DNA from: Hydrolagus colliei
Lineage: Eukaryota
NCBI GenBank assembly: GCA_035084275.1
Contig: CM068748.1
Span: 806,001-870,000 of the forward strand
Reading direction: 5' to 3'
Length of the DNA: 64,000 bases
Notes under the pieces: model-generated
What the model was told of the DNA's origin: nothing
The model's database searches: none
What the model saw: only the letters and a program-made list of their open reading frames with translations
Program-made: the position numbers and the translations under genes
Shown here: positions 12,191 to 24,146 of the stretch, in pieces
How positions within the stretch are numbered: position 1 is the first letter of the stretch
Layout: every line of letters begins with the position of its first letter

Positions 12191-13667
12191 AGCATAATGC
12201 CTCCATATATATCCTTGTGTGTGGAGCAATTCAAAACATGTCATCTTGTTAATCGTTTGGCTTTCAGTGTGGGAGAGATACTCAAAGGGTTAAGGACCAG
12301 CAGCACTTGGAAGGAAAACTTTTGAGGCTCTAACATTCATAAAATAATTATGTTAATAATCTTACAGGAATCCTTCAGGCAATTAAACCAGATTCTTTTA
12401 AGATTCCTATGGGGAATCCCTCGAGAATTCTGCGGAGTAAATTTTGTTGCAGATAGGATGTAATATTTATATTTGAATTTTGCTCAATTTCGTTACCATA
12501 TATGAACCTTTCAGACCTTTTAAACAGTGTTCCATAACTAGGACAAATCTTTTATGATTCAATCTATGAATTTCTAGAGTGTTCATACACAATAAAATCT
12601 TTTGTCAAAAATATTTTCCTAGATACCTCACAATACCTTGCAAAAAAAAAAGGTTCAGTTTATCAGCAACTTTTATTTCTTGCAACTAGTTCGACTATTG
12701 TTTGCTAAGAAAGCTTTCCAGAATGCAGGGAATGTTAATTTTAGAAGTACCTATCAATTAGTACATTATAATAACAAGCCCATCTTTCACTTACTAAACT
12801 GCCTTTAGACACATTATCTCCGAGGAATAAATAAATGAGGTGTATGTTGTGCAAACTGTAATCCAAGAAGAAAGATGAAAATACATACCAATATAAATAT
12901 TTTAGTAAACTGCCACACGAAAATACATGAATGTTTAATTTAGGAGCTACCTATGTCATTATCTGTTACATATTCTACCACTGATTCCCTTTTGGGAATG
13001 AATGCATGCAGTTTTTCAAATCTCCAGATATCTTGCATTACTTTATATTCCAGTGGAAACATACACACATTCCCATCTGCAGGACAATCTCAAATTCCCT
13101 ACATGACTCTGTGCGGGAACACATGAAAAGTCCATCTTCCATAAACTCTGTGGAGTCGCAAACTTTTTTAATGTTTGAGCTAACCCTAGGGAATCTGTCT
13201 CTCTCAAGAGAAAACACACCAGTTTTGAATTTCAGCATATGAGAGATCTCTATTTATTGGGAAGAATTAACAGCAATAATTCATTTGGATACCATCGTAA
13301 AATCTGCAGCTATTATTAAAAATTGACTTTAACAGATTGTTACAACAGATCCGAGCTGAAACATTTCAAAGTTAAAGATGAAAAGTGCCAGCTACCAAAG
13401 TAGACTTTGAAAGCTCAGATCTGAGGGCTGACCATTTTGAATTGTCTGAATGGTATTCGGTGGATTAACTTTAGCTGTACATACGCTTCACAGATTTCCA
13501 GCTACAACATGGCAAACCAACATCTAGAGAAGTATGATGACTGCAACCCTAACAATGTCGTAAACGTCACCTCGATATTTGTTTATCGATGGTTCAGGGG
13601 GTGAGTTTAATCACTTCGATCCGTCAAGACTATCTCCACAAACGACAGTCACACCACTTTCACATCC

Positions 13668-13770
13668 TGTGTATATCCTGTGAAGCACTTTGAGACATCG
13701 CGGTGACGTGATATGGTGTGATATCAAATGCAAGATTTATTATTAATTCTGATTATTATTATTATTATCA
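13668..13770 (+). mobile_element. SINE 3' fragment
   Basis: tatatcctgtgaagcactttgagac...atcaaatgcaagatttattatt. Confidence 0.8.
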
Positions 13771-14160
13771 TCATACAGCAGGATTCACATTCAGTCATCA
13801 CAATTAATTAGATCAAATTCCAGGATTATTATTATCAGTATCTGTAGTAGTATTATCTAAAGGACTGCATTGTATTCCAACATGGTCTGTTCGCTTACAC
13901 TTACTACAGTATTTGGGAAGCTGCAGATATCCATATTCACTGTATTGTATTACGTTTCACATATGAAATGTGAATGTGTTCAGAAATGCGTCCCCAAAAT
14001 GAAATCCTACCCTGAACTGAAATCCTGTGTGAAAAAAAAGGGCAAAGGGGGTCTAAAGAATAATGTTTTTTTTTAATTATTCAGCCAAATGAGCAGATCA
14101 AATCGGTAATCCACAGTTTTCACACACATTTTGCTTCTGTAACTAGCATTTATAAAATAA

Positions 14161-14299
14161 TTTGTTTGTGGGGGACGCTGCTGTGCACAATTTGCTGCCG
14201 CGGTTCACCCACAAAATACAGTTAATTCACTTTACAGCATATTCTGTGAAGCACTTTGAGACGTCGAGAAGATGTGACAAGCACTGTGTCAAATGCAAG
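14161..14299 (+). mobile_element. SINE 3' half directly preceding a full-length copy
   Basis: Body and tail, without the (ATT)n end. Confidence 0.88.
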
Positions 14300-14309
14300 T
14301 GGAACAACT

Positions 14310-14640
14310 GGATCTCCTGTAGCTCAGTGGTTAGAGCGTTCGCCTTACAAGCGTGAAACCTGTGTTCAAATCCAGGCAGATCAGGGCAAAACCTTAGGCA
14401 AGTTTCCTTACTCCACATCACACACCTAATAATAATCCGTCCAAAAAAAACCACAATGATAAAAATTGGTCATTTTCAATCCACAACAGTTTGTGGGGGA
14501 CGCTGCTGTGCGCAATTGGCTGCCGCGTTTTGCCCACAATTATACAGTCAACTCGATTTACAGTATACACTGAGAAGCGCTTTGAGACATCTAGAAGATG
14601 TGAAAAGCGCTATATCACATGCAAGGATTATTATTTATTA
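14310..14640 (+). mobile_element. Full-length young tRNA-derived SINE
   Basis: Box A tagctcagtgg at 14320-14330, box B gttcaaatcc, body, tail and (ATT)n. Confidence 0.93.
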
Positions 14641-16039
14641 CATTATTTTCTGACACAGCAATATAACATTTAGAAGGTGGCATCGTAAACCATCAGAGCA
14701 AAGTTCGAGCAGTTTCGTAATGTCGTCACTATTCTCGATATACTGATTTTCTGACCGAATTCTTTTTCGTTTATTGTGCTTTTCTGCCTAATGGCTTTAT
14801 TTTACGGATCGATTCCACGGAGACAAGAGGAGACAGTTCTACCTTGACTGCATTGTTTGAACCGAGGAGGGGAGCAACATGAAACTGAGCTAAATTTACC
14901 ATCAGTGATGTCAGTAAGTAAGTCAGTCAGTTAAGGACCATTTCTCTCTCTCTCTCTCTCTCTCTCTCAACAACTAACTAACTTATCCATGATCAATTTT
15001 CAGTTGTTAACAATGGAAATGTTACACGTTCACAAGACTATTTTGTAAGTAACATAACAATCTTTTATTAAATTCATTTTCCTTGTATTTTTTTTCCCTC
15101 CTCCTATGAAGGTGTCTGACTGACTATTTGAAAGCAAAACAACCAAGTCCTATCTCGTCTTAAAACTTACAACCTATCCAGTCCAGTTATCACCTAAACT
15201 TCCAAGTCACAGAGGAGCAAAGATCATTTGTTTGCAAAACCAACAAGATGTAGATCGAAGTAACATTCAGAAGAAACAATGCATTCAGCGTAAGAAAGTA
15301 GCTAAGGCCAATACTTAGCTCTGCCGTCTGTATTTCCTCCCAAACAGTATTAACAGGGAGGAAAAATGACTGAACATGAGAGGATCTGATTGTCGTTCGC
15401 TTGGCTATCTGCTCTGACCCACCCAAATCTCTCTCCAGGGTTCGATTCCCCTTCCTGAAAGACTGCACTGGCCGCACAATAGATATTCCCCCTGTTAACT
15501 AGACAAAGTCTGCGCTATTCCAACACTGGTTTCTTTGTTAAGCGTATAGAAAATGACCCAGCGACACTGCACAAAGATAGCAATTATTAAATTACACAGC
15601 CTGTCACTGTCATTTGTGTCACACCTCTAACAGGTGCCATTAACAGAACAGCCAAATTATAATAATCTGGTCTTAATAATGCCTTTTTCCAGCTCACATA
15701 ATCAATGTGTGAACAGTAGGCCGTTTATATTGTTGCTAAATATAGTGAACTGAAAGCTTTGACTTGCGGCAGGTTAAGAACCAGGAGCATTTACTGTTAA
15801 TATTTACCATAAAAATGGTTTAAAGTGCAGGATAATAATGCACATTTCGAAGTACTTAATATCAACAAGAAATGCAAGCAGGAACATTGACATTCAATTA
15901 TTGCCAATATAACTTAGCTCAGGGAGTTATTTAGTTTTTCTACAGTACAGTTACGAACCTACAGAGTTTCAGGAAGTCCTTATTCTAATGGGGATGAGAT
16001 TCTTGATTCTTAATGTTCAATCATTCCCTTCCTTACCGT

Positions 16040-16361
16040 GGAGCTCCTGTAGCTCAGTGGTTAGAGCGCTCGCCTTACAAGCGTGAGACCTGTTTTCGAA
16101 CCCAGGCAGATCAGGGCAAAACTTTGGGCAAGTTTCCTTGCTCCACAAACACGCCTAATAATAATCCCTCCAGAAAAGAATTTAAAAATTGTCATTTCAA
16201 TCCACGACGGATTGTGGGGACACTGCCGTGCGCAACTGGCTGCTGCGTTTCGCCCACAAATATACAGTCAATTCACTTCACAGTATATTCCGTGAAGAGC
16301 TTTGAGATGTCGATAAGACGTGAAGAGCGCTATATCAAATGCAAGGATTATTTTTTATTAT
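16040..16361 (+). mobile_element. Full-length young tRNA-derived SINE
   Basis: ggagctcctgtagctcagtggttagagcgctcgccttacaagcgtgagacc...gcgctatatcaaatgcaaggattatt. Confidence 0.93.
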
Positions 16362-17244
16362 ATTATTGTATTACTCCTCTCGATGAGCACCTGGCTCTCG
16401 CTGGAATTGTGGCTGGCAGCTCAATGGGAGATTGGCCAAATCACCATGTAACCAATGTTTGGGCAGAGTGTGAGCTGGCAGATTATTTGACCATCCAAAG
16501 CATTGTAGCTAAACTCATCCAACCACCTTGTAAACGTGTACATTCCACGCACACATGATTGGAAAGGCATGTGGAATAGGAACACTGCTTCCCCCACCAC
16601 CCCCATTGCCTCTACAAACAATGCAAAGGCCTAACAATTGCACCTAACAAACGGTGTAGACCAGCTATTTCCGGATAGACTGCGACTCTGTGGGTGATTC
16701 TTTACATCTCTTAACTGGTAAAGCTGACGAAAGGTGATTAGTTCTTGAAGTTACATTCCAGATGAAGACAATGCAATTGCTAGAAGGTTGGAAATGGGTA
16801 CAGGATAGGCTAAATCAGAGGATGAAATGGTTCAGACTTTTGGGTTCGGTGACAAACACCAGAGATGAAATGTTTACGCAGTGGCAATTTCATTCCAATT
16901 TCAAATTACAGTAATTGAATATTTATTTCAGTTAACACCGCTCTGAAAATATTGTGCTTCAAACCTTTTAACACTGTACTGATTTCTTCTTGGCTGGATC
17001 CTAAAATTTTAAGATGCTTTGAAGATTATATTGAAAAGTCGTTTGGGACAAAATTTCTCCAAATTACCTCATTTTATATATATAAACTTCCAATACATAC
17101 AATTCATTCTCTGTACATTCTGTGTTATTCTCTAATAATTATAATTGTGACTGGAAGCTGCACATATATCTTTAAAAAAGCAAATCAGAATGCGTTTAAA
17201 TCAGTTTTTCAGGTTTTCTCCTGTATATTGTGAAAAATGATCCA

Positions 17245-17309
17245 CGCGCTTTGAAACGTCGCTAAGATGTGAAAAGCGCTATATCAAATGCAAGGATTAT
17301 TATTATTAT
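17245..17309 (+). mobile_element. SINE 3' tail only
   Basis: gcgctttgaaacgtc...gtgaaaagcgctatatcaaatgcaaggattattattatt. Confidence 0.85.
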
Positions 17310-20300
17310 GAAGTGTTAACATTAGAGGGAAAATAAGGCTTCCAACTTTTAAAGCTACAAGAATCACAGAAATTCACTGTATGCAAACAGTCTATGATCA
17401 GTCACACCATAAAACCATTCCGATTTACAGTATGTTGTAAAGACTGGGGAGTGAAAGAAATATTAGAAAAACTCTAACTTTCATACACACTACTTAATAG
17501 AAGTAATAATTACCGTTTTTACAAAGTCAACTGATTTAGACACCGCTGTGCTTTTAATTGTACAGGGTTAGGAGGCCATATCTTTTGATTTTTTTCTACT
17601 TTCACTTTAAACAAACCAATTTGACGTTAAAATCATTTCTTTGAGAATCCATTGTAAGATAAAATTGGCTGTTAATTTTCCCATCAAAAACTAATGGACA
17701 ACGATGCTGGGAAGAAAAGGCTGAGTCTTGTTCCAGTTATTTTAGAACACAAATGATCTGCTTGCAGAACGAGGACAATTTAATTAGGTAAGAGTTCTGC
17801 ATGTTATGATCAGCTTTTAATGGGTTGATATGAAATTTAAAGAATTGTTACCCATAAAAATAATGATTATACCAATTTGGTTTAAGAGAGAACATTCATG
17901 TTTTATTGTTAAAAACGATCCTCTGTACAGTAATCTGTTTAAACGCTTTTCATTTTTTGTCACATAAAAAGACATTTGTATTTCAGTTCGCAATATTTAT
18001 CCCAGTGAAGTTAGGATCATTAAAAAAAGGTTTCAAATAAACTCTTAAATTCGATTTGTTTAGTGATTTTGGGGGCAAAATAAATCATTCAATTTGCAAT
18101 CATTCAAAATAAGTCATTTTTCAATTTTGTAATCAAAAGATTACTTCTAAACTGAAAGAAAATGTAATTCAAAGTTCTCTGCCCCCAACCCCCCCACACC
18201 TTTTAATAAGAATTAAAGGCAATGGAAAGACGTTAAAACTATACTAGATTATGCTGTGGTCAAGTAGACAGGAAGGCAGCTAGACAAAAGACTGAATTTC
18301 TGCAACAGCTCAAGAGCGCAGCCTATCTGTGTTATAGTACGTCATTTTAAATTCTGCCTCACAGAGAGAAGTCCATTCATCCCTCTGTGTTTTGATCTAA
18401 CAGGAATGTCCACTACAGATGCTCGTTACTTTGATTTCTATAATTCATCATGCAGGATTATTAATTCACCTAAATATTAATACAAATCAAATATCTTTTC
18501 ATTTATACAGCCATTCAAACAATATTCCCCATTTGCAGTTTTTCAGTGACAATGCCTTGATCGGAATTTCACCTCTTAACAAATCTGTCAGCTCTTTAAA
18601 GTTCCACTAAGGAAACTTCCTGGGGTTCCACTTCTCCTCTTTGTTTCCCATTTCCTTTTTGGAGACTTTTATTAAACACAATTTTACTTTGAGTGTCACC
18701 CAAAGGTCACCACATCTGTTGTTTTGCAAGATGATCATTCAATCTGTTTTTCTATCTAACCAGGCACGAGAACAAGCCGCGCGGGGTAGAACATTAGCTG
18801 CGGGTTTCATTTGAGAAGTGGCTCCCTGTAAAATGTGGATCATTCAACACCTATTTTTTACTGCAACAAATAGTAAAGCTAAACAGATTTTTTTTTCTTC
18901 CCCTCAATGTGGTCCACCTTCAGAATAAGGCAAAATACCCTCCGACTGCTGAATTATTCTATGAAGAGCCATCAATAGAAAATAACTGTGCAATCCTGTA
19001 ACAACAGCCAGATTAACAGCCGAGCCACATTGTATTTGTTGCTGAAAAGAATTTACAAATTATTTTATTGTGTTGCGTGCAAGAAAAAAAACTACTCCCA
19101 CATTTAATAATGTTCTAAAATAGAAGTGCTTGTCAATAGAATACAATTTTGACTTGAGATGAGACTTAAATCTTTTAATGAATACGGTACATTTAATTCC
19201 AAACAAGTCTTTTGGGCGAATCGGCTGTAAAAAGGTTCAAATATATAAACATCAATAATAGAAGCCGTTTTACTTGATTCCGTAAGCAAATGTTAAAATG
19301 CAAAACATTTAATTTCGAACAAACAATATAATTTAGGTTGCCGAACACAAGAAGGCAAACTGACAGCTTTAAATTAACTAGGGCAGAAAAATTAAGCAAG
19401 GAGAACAAGGATAAGGAAACTTTTTCAGATGTGAATTAAAAACACGCATAGAAATCCCATGGAATCTGCTAAATGGAGAACACACTGTCACAATATAATG
19501 TACCGATATTAAGATTGTGAAATATTGCATTCAGAAATCCAATTAACCCTTTGTGAGGCTGAACCTCAAACAATGACTAACACAAATTGCGACGGGCAAG
19601 CACTTGTAAAGTTAGCATTTAAAATGTTATATTAGATAAACATAAGTGCATCAACTTCCTTCATTTCTGCTGCATATTGTGTGGAGGCAGGAAGCTAAAT
19701 TACAAAATTGGTATCTTAACGGATAAAAAAAACAAGCGTTTTCTATAAATTGTCAATGAATTTATCGTGCTTTTTAGCACATTTACTCACATTTTTTTTC
19801 CTGTTATTTCAAAATGGTGCATTCTTATACACCCCGTTTTACTGCAATGTGTTGCCTCTGTTTATTGCAGGGCAAAAACAAAATCTTGAGACAGCAATCA
19901 AAAGCAACCATAAAACATATTCGTCTTTTGGTCAAATTTATATTTTCTATGCATTCTTACTATAAAAACATTTTGGTTTTCTGAATTTCGTTTACTTAAA
20001 ACATCCATTTGGGGGTGGGGAGATTGCCAAGTGCTTTATTTGGGGAAAAATCTAATTATTTTATTTGCTGGGGAGTTTCTGCAATTCTAAATCTCTGTGG
20101 GTTACATAGAAATTGTAGAATGCTAAACACACGAACAACCTATTATCTATGGTTCATTTGAGGATCCGCTGGTGTAATAAGAGTACATTTTAAAATAAAT
20201 GGGCTATGCTGAGATAGTCACAAATATGCTTGGGTATAAAAAAGGGAAAAGATGTTTTTTCAAAATAAATTCATAACTTTTAAATCATTTTCTCTCTCGG

Positions 20301-22429
20301 ACTGAACTATAAGGTTCAGCTGCTGTAAGGTTTGGTGACATCTGTTTTTCCTAATTACTGACACCCCGCTTTTTTGCGAATTTCAAAGGGAACCCATAAC
20401 AAACTATTGAATTCTTTTAAAACCCTATGCTCTTTTAGTCCCTTCTGTTGGCCGTATCATGGCGGAGATCACTGCATGTTGAGCCCCGGTCATTGTGCAG
20501 GCAGTGTGCTTTGTTTGTGGCGTAAATTGGGGTTTGGGCCTTAGCTACCTTAGTTCAAGCGTAAAAATACTTTGCCCATCACACCGTATACTGTTGCCAG
20601 CGACCGTCTAAATCCTTGAACCAACTGTGTCCTTTAGTGTCACAACAGATAATGCTGATTTATTACAATGTGTGAGTTTCGACTGATTAAAATAAGCCTT
20701 GAGCACGTGATACTGGAATTAGCACATTTAGAAGACGGTTTTTCCACATCCTATTTTGCGGTGAGTGGCTGATCCCTGCAATTCTACGCGGGTGCAATTT
20801 TAATGACTCCCACTTTTTTGATGTTTCGATGAAAACGCTGCTAGGAGTTTGTGGCAGGGCTAGATACCGAAGCTGAATTGCCCTGATTGGAACACTGCGA
20901 CACTAACTCTGTTTACGATATCATCGGTGTCATTTTCCTTTTAACGATAAGACACTTCCCTGACAAGGCTCGATTAGGAAAAAAATTATTACATTCACTC
21001 CCACCCCCCCCCCCCCCCCACCCCACCCCCAGACAGACGGGGATTGCGAGATAAACGAAGAAGAAAACAGTGTAGATATACGAGAACAAAAAAACATTAT
21101 GGACTTCAATTGAAGTAATTTAATTAATAAAAAAATTCAGAATATAGTACTATGTTCAGCACTAATATGAATCCAAGTTATCTTTGCTATACCAGACCCT
21201 TTATATATTCTATATATATATAGATATAATTTATAGAATATAAATTATATTTTTAAATATATATTTTTAATTCAGGTTTTCAATAGCTTTAAGTCTTGCC
21301 TCCTGCGAAACGGCATTTTAATTCCATTTTCTTTTGACCATATTGGTTCGAACACATTTGATTATTTTTGGAACACTATAGATTCTAAATGCATCAAAAA
21401 TGTGACAATGTTATTTATCACAAAAAAGAGAGGCGGAGAGAAAGAGAGAGAGAGGGGGGTAGACGGAGAAAAAATACCATGCAAAAATCACCGACACACT
21501 CACACACTAGCACAGGAGGGAGGTATTATGCTCAAGGATAAAAATGATTAAATAGCAAACTACACACAGTATTTCTTTCACATACTCTCTAATTTCTACT
21601 CTAATAATGAGGCAATTTATGTAGGAGGCCAGACTAACACAATGCACACAATGTTTTATTGCTCGAAATTTAAATGTACACTTGAGTTGCAGGGGCTTTT
21701 TTTTTCTGGCATTTGAAAATCTAAAAGGCATGACATTCAAATCAGTGTAATTTCCACAATTAAACAAATAAGATCACGGTTTCCTTAAATTCCCGGACCA
21801 GTTAAAATTGTTACCTATGATGTTTCATATGCCATGCATCTTTTTAAAAACAAAAAATAAAAGACAAAAAAAAAAAAATCAGGTTAATCACAGCAAGCTC
21901 AGATCAGTCACGTTATTTATAGGAAAGCAGGGTTAGAAATAATGACCAATGTTAATTTTTCATGTTAGCTTGTGTCTTCGCAGGACAATTATTGGAACAA
22001 CGACCATGTCAGATGCCCCAGTTTCACTTCTGTTGACTAAAACATCAATAATAAAGTTACCAGAGGCTAGTGAGAGATCAGAGTGTGATGGTTACAGGAG
22101 TACTTGAATACTCATCGTCTAGCACAGCAAGATCTCAAAGTCTCCAATAGGCTTCAAAGAAACCAGATTATATTTTTCCGAGACCCTCTGCTTTCCAGTG
22201 AAGCTGTAACGGTGATCTTTTTTTCTCCCCACCCTCCACCCCCCCTCCTAATACCACAGAAAAAAAAAATCAAAACAGGCTAAACAAATTGATGTACTCT
22301 TTAATATAGTCAGTGAATCATCATAGGATCTTGTGTCTCGCTCGCTGACAACTTGAGCTCTGTGTACTGTAGATCTATCACTTTGTTGGCAACTTCAATG
22401 CTTCAGGAGGGGGGAAAAAAAAAGCCTCT

Positions 22430-22680
22430 CAATTGAGTTATTGGCACCTTTGATTGACATAGCCTAATCAGCTTATCTGCACATTAATAAGCCTGATGGC
22501 CTGCAGAGTTGGGTTTGTACCCAACCTCAATGAACTTCCAGGATTGAAAGCCTCTAGGGTCATCATACACAGCACTAGAAGCCATTTACTGCTAGTTGTT
22601 TCCCGGAAGATCCCAGACAACATTGGCATGTCTAAATCTGAACACTGAAAACACTTTTGCTGGGAGTTTTTCCATCTCCA
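22430..22680. promoter_or_regulatory. Candidate intronic enhancer/CNE with overlapping TCF/LEF (CCTTTGAT 22447-22454) and PBX-MEIS/PREP (TGATTGACA 22451-22459) motifs and TAAT cores
   Basis: The motifs are seen directly in non-repetitive sequence within a repeat-poor tract. Conservation cannot be verified here. Confidence 0.4.
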
Positions 22681-23631
22681 AACACCAGACTTGTTGTGTG
22701 TGTGTGGTTGTGTGTGTGTGTGTGTGGTTGTGTGTGTGTGTGTGTTTTTGGCTGATCTTCTAATGCGAAACACCTCAAAATGATTTGGAATAATCCTCAT
22801 TTTAAATATTTGGTGTTAATATTCAATTGCTGCTTTATTACTGTAATGCTAAAGACATATGAACTTGCACAATGCACCGATTAATTCACCTTTAAAACAA
22901 TTTTTTTTTAATCCTTTTCAGTCACTTTGACATTTATGCTTTGAGGAATTTTAAAAAAGTAACACGATTTATTTGGTGTATTCAAGAGAATTATTGGAAA
23001 TATCTCCCTGCGATGATTCACAAAAGAGAAAAGCTATACAACTTGGAAAATAAATGCAGTAATTTAGTGCTTGGGGTGCAATATTCCACGGGCGTGGATG
23101 ATAATTTCACAGTTTGCAAAATCAATATTTATCACCTGTGAAAATCAAAATGACACAGAAGGAAAATATCAAATGCGACGGTGGCGTTCTAGTTTAGGAT
23201 GCAATGGCGTTCTGCATTTTCTAGAGTGGTTTCGATTCAGGTTTGTTCTGTGGGTAGCCTTGAAATAGGATAATGTGTGTACGTTGAAAGTATAGAACTA
23301 CTCAGTGAAAACACAAGGTTTCCATTTTGTTTTTAGCTATTCTATCCCCCCCATTCCTTTAATATGTAAAATTTCCCAGCCTACCTACCAGTCAGGCAAT
23401 AGGAGCAAAATAGATCCTTTCCCTGTCTATTCTTATCCTCTTGCGTGGAGCAAACCCTACCAACTAAAATAAATTCTTAAAACTAAAACATGACCAAAAA
23501 CAAAAGAAACCATTCCTCCAAATGTATGGCAATGAAGGATTCAATCCTTCTTAAACAATAGAGCAATGTAATAGTTACACCAAGCGGGTTGCGTTCAACT
23601 ATAAACTGAAACGTATGAAATAGATTATAAT

Positions 23632-23838
23632 ATGATAATAATAATCCTTGCATTTGATATAATGCTTTTCACATCTTATCGACCTCTCAATGCATTTCAC
23701 AGAATATACTGTAAAGTGAATTGACTGTAAATTTGTGGGCGAAATGCGGCAGCCAATTGCGCACAGCAGTGTCCCACAAACAGTCGTGGATTGAAAATGA
23801 ACAATTTTTATTATTGTGGCTTTTTTGGGGACGGATTC
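23632..23838 (-). mobile_element. 5'-truncated young SINE
   Basis: Family tail and body. Confidence 0.9.
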
Positions 23839-24098
23839 ATAAGAAAACGAATAAAAAGATGCCACAACACATCCAACTAGATTTTGCTGCAATGCTAAAA
23901 TGGTGTTTTTATGAGGTGTTTTTTGAGGTCACTATGGTTTAGCCACTGGTTGGGGTTTTCAAATAGAAGTACTATACCATAGAAGACTTCAAAAAAAGGG
24001 CACTGCTGATTAAATTTCCCAGCTTCACCTTTTCTGGGTAAAGTAAATTCAGAAATGTTTTTCTATTGTAATTGTAGTTCCATTTTAAACGACAGTAT

Positions 24099-24146
24099 AT
24101 CCTCCCGACATGAAAGGCGCTTCCTAAACGTAATTTTGTCGTTATT
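24099..24146 (+). mobile_element. L2 3'-terminal fragment
   Basis: tcctcccgacatgaaaggcgcttcctaaacgtaattttgtcgtt. Confidence 0.65.

Noticed and set aside
15190-15477. 95-aa minus-strand ORF as a possible VTI1A exon
   Set aside because: It has no similarity to VTI1A or any protein I recognise, and no convincing splice sites.
16040-16110. tRNA-like sequences with box A/B (also at 14310, about 1480-1555, 5960-6035 and 44655-44732)
   Set aside because: They are SINE heads: there is no proper acceptor stem, the anticodon loop is inconsistent between copies, and each runs into the SINE body.
16013-16558. Longest ORF (181 aa) and the many ORFs containing QSIHFTVYSVKRFETS...KCKDYY
   Set aside because: These are chance translations of the non-coding SINE body. 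The recurring peptide reflects the repeat, not a protein family.
16375-16610. GC-richer block after the SINE (a similar one lies at about 43480-43790)
   Set aside because: It is probably an old interspersed repeat, but I cannot assign a family or function from the sequence alone.
20999-21030. Poly-C tract (and poly-G at 31878-31892) as functional G-quadruplexes
   Set aside because: These are simple homopolymer runs, common and error-prone in assemblies, with nothing else supporting a function.
21984-22040. Plus-strand acceptor-like site (tgtgtcttcgcag) suggesting an antisense gene
   Set aside because: No recognisable peptide follows in any frame and I found no partner exons.
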